Source of the DNA: Patescibacteria group bacterium
GTDB lineage: Bacteria > Patescibacteriota > Minisyncoccia > Phycocordibacterales > JAKFXT01
Direction of reading: 5' to 3'
Assembly (NCBI GenBank): GCA_038062065.1
Contig: JBBTXX010000010.1
Span: 1 to 42,279, forward strand
Length of the DNA stretch: 42,279 nt
The notes below the pieces were generated by a model, which worked only from the letters and a program-made list of their open reading frames with translations, was not told the DNA's origin and did no database searches. Below are positions 32,773 through 41,895 of this stretch, in pieces (position 1 is the stretch's first letter; each line of letters opens with the position of its first letter). The translations under genes were made by a program, and so were the position numbers.

Positions 32773-33759
32773 TCATATTCGGGTAGCGCGCATTTCAATA
32801 CCTCCGTAACCATAAGTTATATCCACATCTTTAAGCGGAAGATTCTGACACCACCCCATAACCGTTTCTTTGGTTTGCGGTAATTCGTACCAAGGAGACA
32901 GCCAGTCAAAGGTGTCCAGAACTGCCCACTCCTTTTGCATCTCTCCCGACAGGTTTTTATAGGAAAAATGTTCCGCAATAAGAAGTTTGTGATTTATTTT
33001 AACCCCAAAAGGCAGATTGTGTATGAATTTCGCAAGCGGCCACATAAGGGATATATACCAAGAGACTAACTTATATAACATCGCAGGTGGTAGGCGCTTG
33101 GTCAGAGGTCTTATCCAATAGCGAGTATTGAACATCCTCCTATAGATAGGTGGTTTATCATATATATCCGCCACCATACTACCGCCAGGTTTTAAAGAAG
33201 TGACCAACGCCGCAAGGGACTTAAACGGATCGGGAGTGTGTTGAAGAACCCCTATGCAAAGCGCCCGGTCAAAAGTCCCCTCCTCAAAGGAGAGCTTGGT
33301 GATATCGGCCTGAATGATTAGAGAATTATCTTTTTCTCCGTGGTGTTTAAAATTTTCGTCCACCGCGATACTGGCATCCAAAGAGACGACAGTGGCACCA
33401 GTTTTAAGTAAGTGTTCCGTAAAGCGTCCGCCGCCACACCCGGCTTCTAAAATCCATTCCCCTTTCATTACTCTAGGCCACTTGGTTTCTCGAAATAATC
33501 TTTTTTCGGAAGCATTCTGGCCACTTATGGAATCGTATTGAGTCTCCGAATGCTTCTGCCACTCAAAACCAAAAGTCTTGGAATAGTGTTCTGCTCCTAC
33601 AAATCTAGGTATGCCTCGAGTTATGGGGTAGCGCTTGTTACATATGTTGCATAAAAGATGGCCTTCCAATATTTCTAGGCCAACAGATTTAGAACTCTCT
33701 AATTTGAGAGCCCCCAAACAGGACGGGCACTTTAATAAATCCAAAAAACCAGTCTTCAT
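32773..33759 (-). CDS. SAM-dependent methyltransferase with an N-terminal Trm112-like zinc ribbon
   Basis: It has LLKCPSC...LLCNICNKRYPITRGIPRF followed by ILEAGCGGGRFT. I placed the start at the ATG at 33759, downstream of the small-ORF stop. Confidence 0.8.
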   Translation of the reverse strand: MKTGFLDLLKCPSCLGALKLESSKSVGLEILEGHLLCNICNKRYPITRGIPRFVGAEHYSKTFGFEWQKHSETQYDSISGQNASEKRLFRETKWPRVMKGEWILEAGCGGGRFTEHLLKTGATVVSLDASIAVDENFKHHGEKDNSLIIQADITKLSFEEGTFDRALCIGVLQHTPDPFKSLAALVTSLKPGGSMVADIYDKPPIYRRMFNTRYWIRPLTKRLPPAMLYKLVSWYISLMWPLAKFIHNLPFGVKINHKLLIAEHFSYKNLSGEMQKEWAVLDTFDWLSPWYELPQTKETVMGWCQNLPLKDVDITYGYGGIEMRATRI

Positions 33760-33766
33760 ACAACCA

Positions 33767-33970
33767 TCACAATACCTTAGAAAAGTCGTACAAAAGATAG
33801 CGCAAAACAAAGGTTACTATCATGACAATGAAACCCGAAATTATTGTAGGAATATGAAAATTGTCTATAAGTAGCCAGAGAAGAAAAACATTCAGGAGGG
33901 ATATAAAAACTGCAATCCAGGTGTAGTAGATAAACTTCTTGTCTAGAAATAGCTCCTTGAGACGATTCAT
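33767..33970 (-). CDS. Small 2-TM membrane protein (67 aa)
   Basis: It has two clear hydrophobic helices. Its ATG overlaps the GT9 stop (ATGA), and its stop lies 5 nt before the next start. Confidence 0.5.
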   Translation of the reverse strand: MNRLKELFLDKKFIYYTWIAVFISLLNVFLLWLLIDNFHIPTIISGFIVMIVTFVLRYLLYDFSKVL

Positions 33971-35106
33971 TTTTGTAGTATATCGCCTATAAGCTTATCG
34001 GTCGCCAAGATAACCGCTTCTGGAGTAATAGAGAGCGTTTGGCGTAAGGCCTCCTTCTCTTCGTAATGACGGGCGTTCAATATGTGCAACTCTGGGTGTA
34101 CACGACTTGGCGGCAATACGCTCCTATGCAATAGGCCTTGCGGCGGTTGTTCGCGTTCGTCCATAGGCCCGACAATATCCACAGTCGGCACTCCAAACGC
34201 TTCAGCAATATAAATAGGTCCGGTGTCCACGCTGATAAATAGATTGAGTTTAGAAATATAAGCCTTTAGTTCATCAATGTTGAGTTTGCCCTGTGTACTA
34301 AAGATTGACTCCGGATATTTAATTTTCTGCAGTGTATTTTGAATTTTAGTTCTATCTTCCGGACCACCAAAAATAATAACCTTGGCTTGATGTTTTTCAA
34401 CAAGATAATTAGCGGTTTCCGCAAACCTCTCTTCCGGCCACTCTTTTATTTTATTGCCCGCAGTCACAGCCATACCAACGACCAGCTTTCCATCCAAATT
34501 ATTGTTTTTAAAATAATCTACCGCACTTTGGCCAGCATTTTCCGAAAACCCAAGGTGTTTTTGGGTGTCTTCTTCAATGATACCAAGTGACTCTAGGGCC
34601 CTAAGGCGCTCGCGTGGCGCATACTTGCCCATACGATATGGAAAAGTGCTTATCAAGCGGCGTAAAATTTTGTAAGGCAAGGTATCCCCAAGCGATTCCC
34701 CGTCTAATACTTCGGGAGCAACTACAAGCGGTATGTCCGCCAAATAGAGGAGTGCGGTAGGTACAAATGAAGGGCCGGTAACTAAAGCAACATCTGCTTT
34801 TAATGACTTAACTTGGGAGAAAAAATCTTTTGAATCTAGATTCAAATATTCCTCCGCCAGCCCGCTATCTTTTAAAAGCGGGATTAAAATTGGCCCACCA
34901 GCCGCCACAACACGCACTTCTCTTAAGTGTTTACGAAGAGCGGAAAGAACCGGTGTACCACAAACAACATCACCGAGTTTCCCCGTTAGAACAACAATGA
35001 TTGTTTTCGGTTTGCCGATAATGCCGGACTTGCCGCGCACCAAAGAAAACAAAACACAATGAACTAGCAAAGTAAGCCGGTAAAGTCTATTTAGGAGTTC
35101 AGTCAT
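33967..35106 (-). CDS. GT9-family glycosyltransferase (heptosyltransferase-like)
   Basis: It has the N-terminal motif IIVVLTGKLGDVVCGTPVLSALRKH and a C-terminal ISVDTGPIYIAEAFGVPTV motif, both typical of RfaF/WaaC-type enzymes. Confidence 0.8.
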   Translation of the reverse strand: MTELLNRLYRLTLLVHCVLFSLVRGKSGIIGKPKTIIVVLTGKLGDVVCGTPVLSALRKHLREVRVVAAGGPILIPLLKDSGLAEEYLNLDSKDFFSQVKSLKADVALVTGPSFVPTALLYLADIPLVVAPEVLDGESLGDTLPYKILRRLISTFPYRMGKYAPRERLRALESLGIIEEDTQKHLGFSENAGQSAVDYFKNNNLDGKLVVGMAVTAGNKIKEWPEERFAETANYLVEKHQAKVIIFGGPEDRTKIQNTLQKIKYPESIFSTQGKLNIDELKAYISKLNLFISVDTGPIYIAEAFGVPTVDIVGPMDEREQPPQGLLHRSVLPPSRVHPELHILNARHYEEKEALRQTLSITPEAVILATDKLIGDILQK

Positions 35107-36200
35107 ATAATTTTCTTAATAAATTCCGCTATGGCTATTCCCCTAGCTTCCCAAGTATGACTTCGTACATCTTCTTTGGCTTTAACCCCGAGTACTTTTG
35201 CATCTTCCTCTAGAGCTTTATTTATTCCTGTCACCAAACCCTCGGGATTTTCTGGATCTACCAAAATAGAATTACTGGTATCCAAAATTTCCCGGATGGA
35301 TGGTAGATCCGAAGCCACTATGGGGGTTCCGGAAGCCATGTACTCAAATAACTTCAACGGCGATTGTGAATACTCGCCCTTTGGATGCGGCAAAAGCAAA
35401 ACATCCGCAGCCCGCAGATACATGGGAATTTCTTTTTGATTAACTTTTGGCAAAACCTTTACATTGGAAGGCAAAGTTACCCCCACAAATTCTGGAGCTA
35501 GTATACCGACCAAAATAAAATCTATTCCTGGGACCAGCCGTGCCGACTTTAAGACATAGTCCAAACCTTTAAGTTTACTGATGGTGCCCGTGTATAGACA
35601 TATTTTTTTACCGGAAGGTAGACCGAGCTTTATCCTGGCCTCTCCCCTGGCCATTGAAATGAGAAACCGCTCCAAAGACACTGCATCGTGGGAGACCAGG
35701 AGCGGTTTCTGATAGCGGGTGTAATATCCTTTTATATAATCGCTGACCAGAATAATTCCGAAAGCTAGTCTGCTCAAAAAACCGTCTAGAAACCGCTCCG
35801 TAGAAGTTAAGGGTTTCCTGTGCGTCTCATAAAAACAAGGGACGCGAAATAGCCAGGCTATGATGACTAGAGGTAAAAAGAAGCTAGACCGGACATAAAT
35901 AAAATTCATTCCTTTGGTAATTTTTTGGCTAAGTAAAAATGCTGTTGCTGAAATGTTAAATAAGATAAAGGCTAAAGTACCTGGAGAAGTGAGGCCAAAA
36001 TTAAACAGGATATTTAGGTCAGGAACATAATCAAGACCATAAAGCCGTTTCAATTCTTCCTCTCCAGGTGATGTCCCATATCTTGGAGCGACTAAACCAA
36101 TAGATAGACGGCTATTAATAGAGGAGGAGGTATTCAATATTTGGTAGGTATGGGCCCTGCCATTTTTTAAATCCGTGTTAATAAAATAATAACCTTGCAT
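35103..36200 (-). CDS. GT4-family glycosyltransferase
   Basis: It carries the C-terminal SPLKLFEYMASGTPIVASDLPSIREI motif (E-x7-E type). Confidence 0.85.
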   Translation of the reverse strand: MQGYYFINTDLKNGRAHTYQILNTSSSINSRLSIGLVAPRYGTSPGEEELKRLYGLDYVPDLNILFNFGLTSPGTLAFILFNISATAFLLSQKITKGMNFIYVRSSFFLPLVIIAWLFRVPCFYETHRKPLTSTERFLDGFLSRLAFGIILVSDYIKGYYTRYQKPLLVSHDAVSLERFLISMARGEARIKLGLPSGKKICLYTGTISKLKGLDYVLKSARLVPGIDFILVGILAPEFVGVTLPSNVKVLPKVNQKEIPMYLRAADVLLLPHPKGEYSQSPLKLFEYMASGTPIVASDLPSIREILDTSNSILVDPENPEGLVTGINKALEEDAKVLGVKAKEDVRSHTWEARGIAIAEFIKKII

Positions 36201-36209
36201 AAAAAATTA

Positions 36210-37094
36210 TCAGAAAAAGTCTGCCGTAAATTCCGCAATCACCTTCTTACCGGGAACTCCGCGTAGAAGACCGGGTTTGCGAAGCGTTTTTTCCATAAAA
36301 TAATACAGAAACATCAACCCCAAATAATCCTCCTTTTTCACACTGGCGCCGATTCTTTTGAAATATTCTGCCAAATACTGCTCGCATAGTTTTTTTGCGT
36401 CTTTCAGAGAATACCGGCGAAATAGAGAAAACAAATCAAACCCTGGTAAATCCATCACCCCCAGATAATCGCAGTCTACAACAGAAAACTTACCTGCCTC
36501 AAAAAGCATATTGTCCTCCGTCAAATCTCCGTGCTGAATCAATTTGGGCAAAGTCTTAGGTAGAGTAAGTGAATTAGTAAAAAGCAAGATTTCTGCCTGA
36601 TCAGCTTCCGATAAAGAAGAATTATTTACCAAAGACGCCTTAAATCCCTGTAAATCAGACACTGACTGGTTACTTCGCTTAGAAATATGTTCTTGGAAAC
36701 CAGTGTATCGAGAAACCACAGCTCCAAGTAGCCTCTCATCCAGCCTAACTCTTTTACCCGGGCAAACACTCTCCAAACTAAAGATGTTTTCTCCATCGTC
36801 GTATAGATGTATGGCTTTAGCAAAAAAATCCTGGTAAGAACTCCCGGCAGTCAGTTCGTTGAGTTTTTTTAAATTATGGAAATTCTGTCTCACTACTTCT
36901 CCAGACGTATGACTCCTGACCGTCTTTACACACAAAAATGGAGTTTTTTCTTTTGGCTTAAAAACGAAGAAAATGACCTTATCCTTCAGATTCTTACCAG
37001 AAGAAGCAGTACTATATTTAAGAAATGCTAGAGGTAGGTCTCCTGGACTGACCTTCAGTTCTTCCTTTATTACTTTTTGAATTAACTGCATCAT
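36210..37094 (-). CDS. APH/choline-kinase-fold phosphotransferase
   Basis: It has a Brenner-type motif (LIQHGDLTEDNMLF) followed by VVDCDYLG. 294 aa. Confidence 0.7.
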   Translation of the reverse strand: MMQLIQKVIKEELKVSPGDLPLAFLKYSTASSGKNLKDKVIFFVFKPKEKTPFLCVKTVRSHTSGEVVRQNFHNLKKLNELTAGSSYQDFFAKAIHLYDDGENIFSLESVCPGKRVRLDERLLGAVVSRYTGFQEHISKRSNQSVSDLQGFKASLVNNSSLSEADQAEILLFTNSLTLPKTLPKLIQHGDLTEDNMLFEAGKFSVVDCDYLGVMDLPGFDLFSLFRRYSLKDAKKLCEQYLAEYFKRIGASVKKEDYLGLMFLYYFMEKTLRKPGLLRGVPGKKVIAEFTADFF

Positions 37095-38041
37095 TTCTGT
37101 ACGAAAATATTGAAACTAAAAAATAGTTTTCTATACATCCGAAGAGTTAAGGGTAACCCAGCCAAGCGTTTCAATAATTTTCGCAGCAAGGAATTCTCCG
37201 GCATCAGCGTTTGCACAACATAAGAAAGAATATGTAAATCTTTGTAAGGAATAGTAATTCTTGGATTATTGTAACCAGGATAAACTAGATAAAAATCCGG
37301 CCGGTCAAAACCCACCTCTCTCAAAAGTTTTTGGTAACCATGCACATTATAAGTATAGGTGTTGTAAGGCCTACCTTTACGGAGATGCATATACCAGTTG
37401 GCCATGAATCTCGGCATATAGTTCGTAAAGCGTAGTCCACTATGATCCACCCCCCGCAAATAGGATAAAGCGAAACGGTTTTCAATGCCTATATATAAAT
37501 AGCCACCTTTTTTAAGCATTTTTTTGCATATAGAAAGCGCCGCTATCTGCGCTTCTCTTGGGTCCTTAAAGCGCTCAGTCATACCAACCCACTCCAAAAC
37601 TCCATTCATAACAATTAGGTCAAAACTATCTTCCGGAAAAGGTAGGTCAAATAAATCCCCGACATAAACTTCAATATTTTGGAATCCCTCCCGCTCAGCT
37701 CTTTTTTTAAGAAACTTCATTCGGAGGAACGACTGGTCCACAGCCACAACTTTCCCCGCGACCATAGCTATCGGAATACTGGTGCGCCCCATACCAGCAC
37801 CAAGATCCAAAACAACAGAATTTTTAGATAGTGGCACCGGAAATCGCCAGTCGGCGCGGTTATATTCAAAAGTAAAATCAAATTTCCCTCCGTAAATTGC
37901 CTTGAATTCGTCCCAGCCTTTTTCTTCAATAACCCGCAGGGCTTTTTCCAAGTCCTCCTTCCTTGCCTTGCCCCAATAGCGATCCTCCGAAAAGAAAGGT
38001 ATGCCCTCAAGCGTCTTTTTGTATGTAAGATGATTAAACAT
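37091..38041 (-). CDS. Class I SAM-dependent methyltransferase
   Basis: It carries motif I (VLDLGAGMGRTS), then AVDQS. 316 aa. Confidence 0.8.
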   Translation of the reverse strand: MFNHLTYKKTLEGIPFFSEDRYWGKARKEDLEKALRVIEEKGWDEFKAIYGGKFDFTFEYNRADWRFPVPLSKNSVVLDLGAGMGRTSIPIAMVAGKVVAVDQSFLRMKFLKKRAEREGFQNIEVYVGDLFDLPFPEDSFDLIVMNGVLEWVGMTERFKDPREAQIAALSICKKMLKKGGYLYIGIENRFALSYLRGVDHSGLRFTNYMPRFMANWYMHLRKGRPYNTYTYNVHGYQKLLREVGFDRPDFYLVYPGYNNPRITIPYKDLHILSYVVQTLMPENSLLRKLLKRLAGLPLTLRMYRKLFFSFNIFVQK

Positions 38042-38060
38042 GGTTCTTTAGGATGCCAGC

Positions 38061-39116
38061 TTAAAGCAAGCTCCGAAAAACGCCAGATAGCCCTTCCGCC
38101 ATTTTTTCGGTAGAAAATTCTAACTCCGCTCTCTTGCGAGCACTTAGAGCAAGTCTGTGTCTCCCCTCTCCATCTTCAAGTAGAGAATTGATCGCGAGTG
38201 CGGTTTGAGTAGCGTTGTAACAATCCACCAAAATAGCCTCCTTTCCATCAGTCACATAGTCCCCCAGATATTTCTTACGACTAATAATCACAGGAAGACC
38301 GTTGGCCATAGCGTCCAGAAGCACGGTTTGACCGGAACAGTCTGCGCCATCTAGAAAAGAGTCCTGATGCGTCAAGAGTAGTAATAGGATCGCTTCCTGA
38401 TATTTTTTGTGTAGCTCGCTTGGTGATAGATCATAAAAAACTTTCACATTTTTCGGAATTTCTCCTATGTTTTCTAAATTACGCTTACTACAAACGATAT
38501 GAAATTCGCGCTCCGGCAATTTCCGAACTACTTCCATGACCGTTTTGTAATCGCGGCCATTATCCCTGCCGACTGACAAGATATATTCCCCTCTCCCTTC
38601 GTAGCCTGGTTGGTAGAATTGCGTATCTACCCCAAGTGGTACAAAAGATACCTTACCCCTCAAAAATGGATAGACAGACTCTAGTTGCTCCCTTTGAAAA
38701 TTAGCCAGACAAACTACTCCGTCCAATTCCTTGAGTAAGGAGCTGATAAGGGCATACTTAAATTGATTTTTTTTATTTGCGGTGAGGGTTCTTTGCAGAC
38801 CTATATTAAAAAGAACAAATTTACGCCTGGTTTTAAAAATTTTCTTAAATACCATCATATAAAGAATAGAGGAACCAAAAACCAAATCGTAACCGCGAGT
38901 AAAAAAGAACAGCAATAAATGTCGTATCCGGAAACCAATCTTGGTATGCCAAAACTTTTGCTTGGCGAAATCTTGCCACTCCTTATACTCCGCCTCTAAG
39001 TCAAATTTTTTTAAGTAATTAAGACCGTAAAACTGCGTGTCCGGATAATCCAGGCCTATTTGCCCTTGAAACTTATTTTTTCTGGAGCCAGAATATAGAT
39101 ATAAGATTTTTTTCAT
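38061..39116 (-). CDS. GT4-family glycosyltransferase
   Basis: It has a GT-B layout and a C-terminal LLDAMANGLPVIIS motif. The start ATG at 39116 overlaps the asnB-like stop (ATGA). Confidence 0.8.
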   Translation of the reverse strand: MKKILYLYSGSRKNKFQGQIGLDYPDTQFYGLNYLKKFDLEAEYKEWQDFAKQKFWHTKIGFRIRHLLLFFFTRGYDLVFGSSILYMMVFKKIFKTRRKFVLFNIGLQRTLTANKKNQFKYALISSLLKELDGVVCLANFQREQLESVYPFLRGKVSFVPLGVDTQFYQPGYEGRGEYILSVGRDNGRDYKTVMEVVRKLPEREFHIVCSKRNLENIGEIPKNVKVFYDLSPSELHKKYQEAILLLLLTHQDSFLDGADCSGQTVLLDAMANGLPVIISRKKYLGDYVTDGKEAILVDCYNATQTALAINSLLEDGEGRHRLALSARKRAELEFSTEKMAEGLSGVFRSLL

Positions 39117-40942
39117 AGCTCTACTCGATATCTCTTGGCCCATAACTGAAAGGTGAGAAGCGACCATAGGAGAGTCAGGTTGTAGCGCTCTTTACTTACA
39201 TGCAGAGAAAGCATTTCCATAACTTCCGGCCAATTGAAGATATCTTTGGTCCCCGCGTAGTAGCTCTCGGATAAAACCTCCTTGGCAAAGCTGGTGAATT
39301 CCGGACGGCGCAACCATTTAGCCCCGGGGGAAAACCACCCGCGCTTTGGCTCCCGAAACAGAAAACTTGGCAATTCGCTTTTAAACGCGTCTTTAAGAAT
39401 CTTTTTAGTCCGAAAAATATCCAGCTTATAATTTCTCGGCAACGAACCCGCAAAAGCCACTAGCTCTCTATCCGTCAAAGGCATACGCTCCTCCAGCGAA
39501 CCAGCCATAGACATCTTGTCGGAGAGCATAAAGAAATATTCTGGTAGCCAACTTTCCTTATCCGCCCACATAAGACTCTCAGCCGCATCCTCCGCCGGTT
39601 TAGAAAAATACTTATCTCCAAAATATTTTTTGACAGAAGTATCACTTTCAAAAAGACTAGGTGAAATTACCGAGGATAGGCGGTCGTCCTTTTGAAACAT
39701 AAACTTAGCGAATAAATCCACATTAGTTTCATAATTAAACTTTTTCAATTTAGGGTGAATTGCTAAGACGCTCTTCAAAAATTCGGGTAATTTTTTGAAG
39801 TAGTTAGCTGCCAGCGCGAACCGATAGCGATCATAGCCGCCAAACAGCTCGTCCCCGCCACTACCATTAAGTACTACCGTAACTTTAGTCTTGGCGAATT
39901 TGGCCAGGCGCAACATAGCCACAGAAGTAGGATTAGATACCGGGTCGTCGCAGTCTGCTGCCGCTTCTTCTAGAGAAGTGAGTATATCTTTGGCGGAAAG
40001 GCGCAAACCATTATGTTTAGCCCCGAAAAAAGCCGCAGTTTTTGTTGCCAAATCAAAATCTTGGTTGAACTTGTCACTCTCTTCTCCTGCTTCCAACTCA
40101 AAACCAACAGAAAAAGTTTCAATATTCTGGCTATGTCGCGTCATCGCTGCCAGAACGGAACTGGAATCTATGCCACCAGATAGATACAAACCAACTGGCA
40201 CATCAGAAACCAATTGCCGGCCTACCGAGCTTATTACTTTATCTTTCAATAAACGGGTAGCCTCCTCGTAAGAGCTGGGAGAGGGAGCGACCTGCCAATC
40301 TCCATAAGTACTTAAAGAAAGCTTCCCATCCTTAAGAACCAGCATGCCCTTGGGCGGCAATTTAAAAATATTTTGAATCATGGTCATCGGCTCTGGCACA
40401 TACAAAACCCGGAGATATTGGTTAAACGCCTCTTTAGAAAGCTTCCGGGGGACATCGTGCTCCAAAATGGCTTTTACTTCAGAGGCAAAAATAAATTTAC
40501 TCCCATCAAAATAGTAATAAAAAGGTTTAATGCCTGCGTGATCCCGCGCGCAAAAAAGTTCCTTAGTTCTCCTGTCCCAAATAGCAAAAGCAAACATGCC
40601 ATTCAACTTGTCTGTTACCCGCCTACCCCATTTAAGATAGCCGGCCAAAATAACTTCGGTGTCGCTTTTGGTCTTAAACTCATAAGAACCTCCCAGCTCC
40701 ATTTTCAATTCCCGAAAATTGTATATTTCCCCATTGAAAACAATGGCCAGTTCTCCTGAATTGTCATGCATAGGCTGATTGGCCGTAGGAGAAAGATCTA
40801 TGACGCTTAAACGATTATGGCCGAGGGATATACCTTCACCCACAAAAACTCCTTTAGCATCCGGTCCTCGATGAGAAAGAACTTGGACCATTGTCTCTAC
40901 CTTGTTCTTATCTTCCCAATTAAATCCGGATATGCCGCACAT
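39113..40942 (-). CDS. Glutamine-hydrolysing asparagine-synthase-family amidotransferase (AsnB/WbpS-like)
   Basis: It has MCGISG (Ntn Cys2) and a PP-loop (YLSGGIDSSSV). 609 aa. Confidence 0.9.
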   Translation of the reverse strand: MCGISGFNWEDKNKVETMVQVLSHRGPDAKGVFVGEGISLGHNRLSVIDLSPTANQPMHDNSGELAIVFNGEIYNFRELKMELGGSYEFKTKSDTEVILAGYLKWGRRVTDKLNGMFAFAIWDRRTKELFCARDHAGIKPFYYYFDGSKFIFASEVKAILEHDVPRKLSKEAFNQYLRVLYVPEPMTMIQNIFKLPPKGMLVLKDGKLSLSTYGDWQVAPSPSSYEEATRLLKDKVISSVGRQLVSDVPVGLYLSGGIDSSSVLAAMTRHSQNIETFSVGFELEAGEESDKFNQDFDLATKTAAFFGAKHNGLRLSAKDILTSLEEAAADCDDPVSNPTSVAMLRLAKFAKTKVTVVLNGSGGDELFGGYDRYRFALAANYFKKLPEFLKSVLAIHPKLKKFNYETNVDLFAKFMFQKDDRLSSVISPSLFESDTSVKKYFGDKYFSKPAEDAAESLMWADKESWLPEYFFMLSDKMSMAGSLEERMPLTDRELVAFAGSLPRNYKLDIFRTKKILKDAFKSELPSFLFREPKRGWFSPGAKWLRRPEFTSFAKEVLSESYYAGTKDIFNWPEVMEMLSLHVSKERYNLTLLWSLLTFQLWAKRYRVEL

Positions 40943-40944
40943 AA

Positions 40945-41895
40945 TTATTTCTGGTTATTTTTGAAAAACAGCACATTATCCCTAGCGTCCTCACCTCTCT
41001 TAGAGATAGACCCTACCGGGTCCGTAACCGGCTCCAGCATAGAAACCCCATCTTTATCTATAAAGAAAGCTTCGTAGCCAAGTCGCAGAAGTTGTTTTAC
41101 GGCTGAATCCGAGTAGCGCTTCCCTTTATCCCCTCCCCAAACCTCCATAATAACCCTAGGAGAAGTATTGCGCAGAGTCTCTAGGGAACCGAGAATGGCG
41201 TCCTCTTCTCCCCCTTCAATATCAAGCTTTATTACAGTCGGGGCCTTATGCCCGTTTTTTACATAACTATCAATTGTTAAAGCCTGAATTTTTATGGGCG
41301 GAATATTTTCTCCGGCTACCGGGAAACGCGAACTTTCGGAACTATCAGAACTACGACTGGCGTCGTAAAAATTAGTTTCTCCTTGCGCTCCCGCCACCGC
41401 TGAAGCGACTACGCGCACATTTTTCGTCCCAGTAAAATTAGTTTTTAAATAACTACAAAGTCTGGTGCTGGCTTCAAAGGCGTGAATCTCGCCTTGGCTG
41501 ACTATCCTCTCCGCTAAAGCGGTGTAATAACCAAAGTGCGCCCCAATGTCATAAAAAATATCCGTCTCTGATAAGTTCTTAATAAGCCAGATTGCCAGTT
41601 TGCGCTCACTCTTATGGGGCGAGATACCGTAAACCGCAAGTACGCTTGTCCCAGCATCTTTTACGGGCAGGCGCATTTTTTTTCCAAATAAAAAAACTTC
41701 TCTGACCCCCACTATCGCTCGAAGATGAGGTAATCGCGAAATCTGTGCCCGTACATAAGACAGACCAAAAAGTCGGTAATTGAAAATCGCTCTCTCTAAG
41801 AAACTTTTTCCCAGTTTTTTATAGCTTACAGATTTTGTATATGTATTTTCGCGTGTCAGAAATGTTCCGAGTAGTTCTTCTTTTGTATTATTCAT
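40945..41895 (-). CDS. FkbM-family methyltransferase
   Basis: It has FYDIGAHFGYYT and KLDIEGGEEDAL-type motifs typical of the FkbM family. Confidence 0.8.
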   Translation of the reverse strand: MNNTKEELLGTFLTRENTYTKSVSYKKLGKSFLERAIFNYRLFGLSYVRAQISRLPHLRAIVGVREVFLFGKKMRLPVKDAGTSVLAVYGISPHKSERKLAIWLIKNLSETDIFYDIGAHFGYYTALAERIVSQGEIHAFEASTRLCSYLKTNFTGTKNVRVVASAVAGAQGETNFYDASRSSDSSESSRFPVAGENIPPIKIQALTIDSYVKNGHKAPTVIKLDIEGGEEDAILGSLETLRNTSPRVIMEVWGGDKGKRYSDSAVKQLLRLGYEAFFIDKDGVSMLEPVTDPVGSISKRGEDARDNVLFFKNNQK

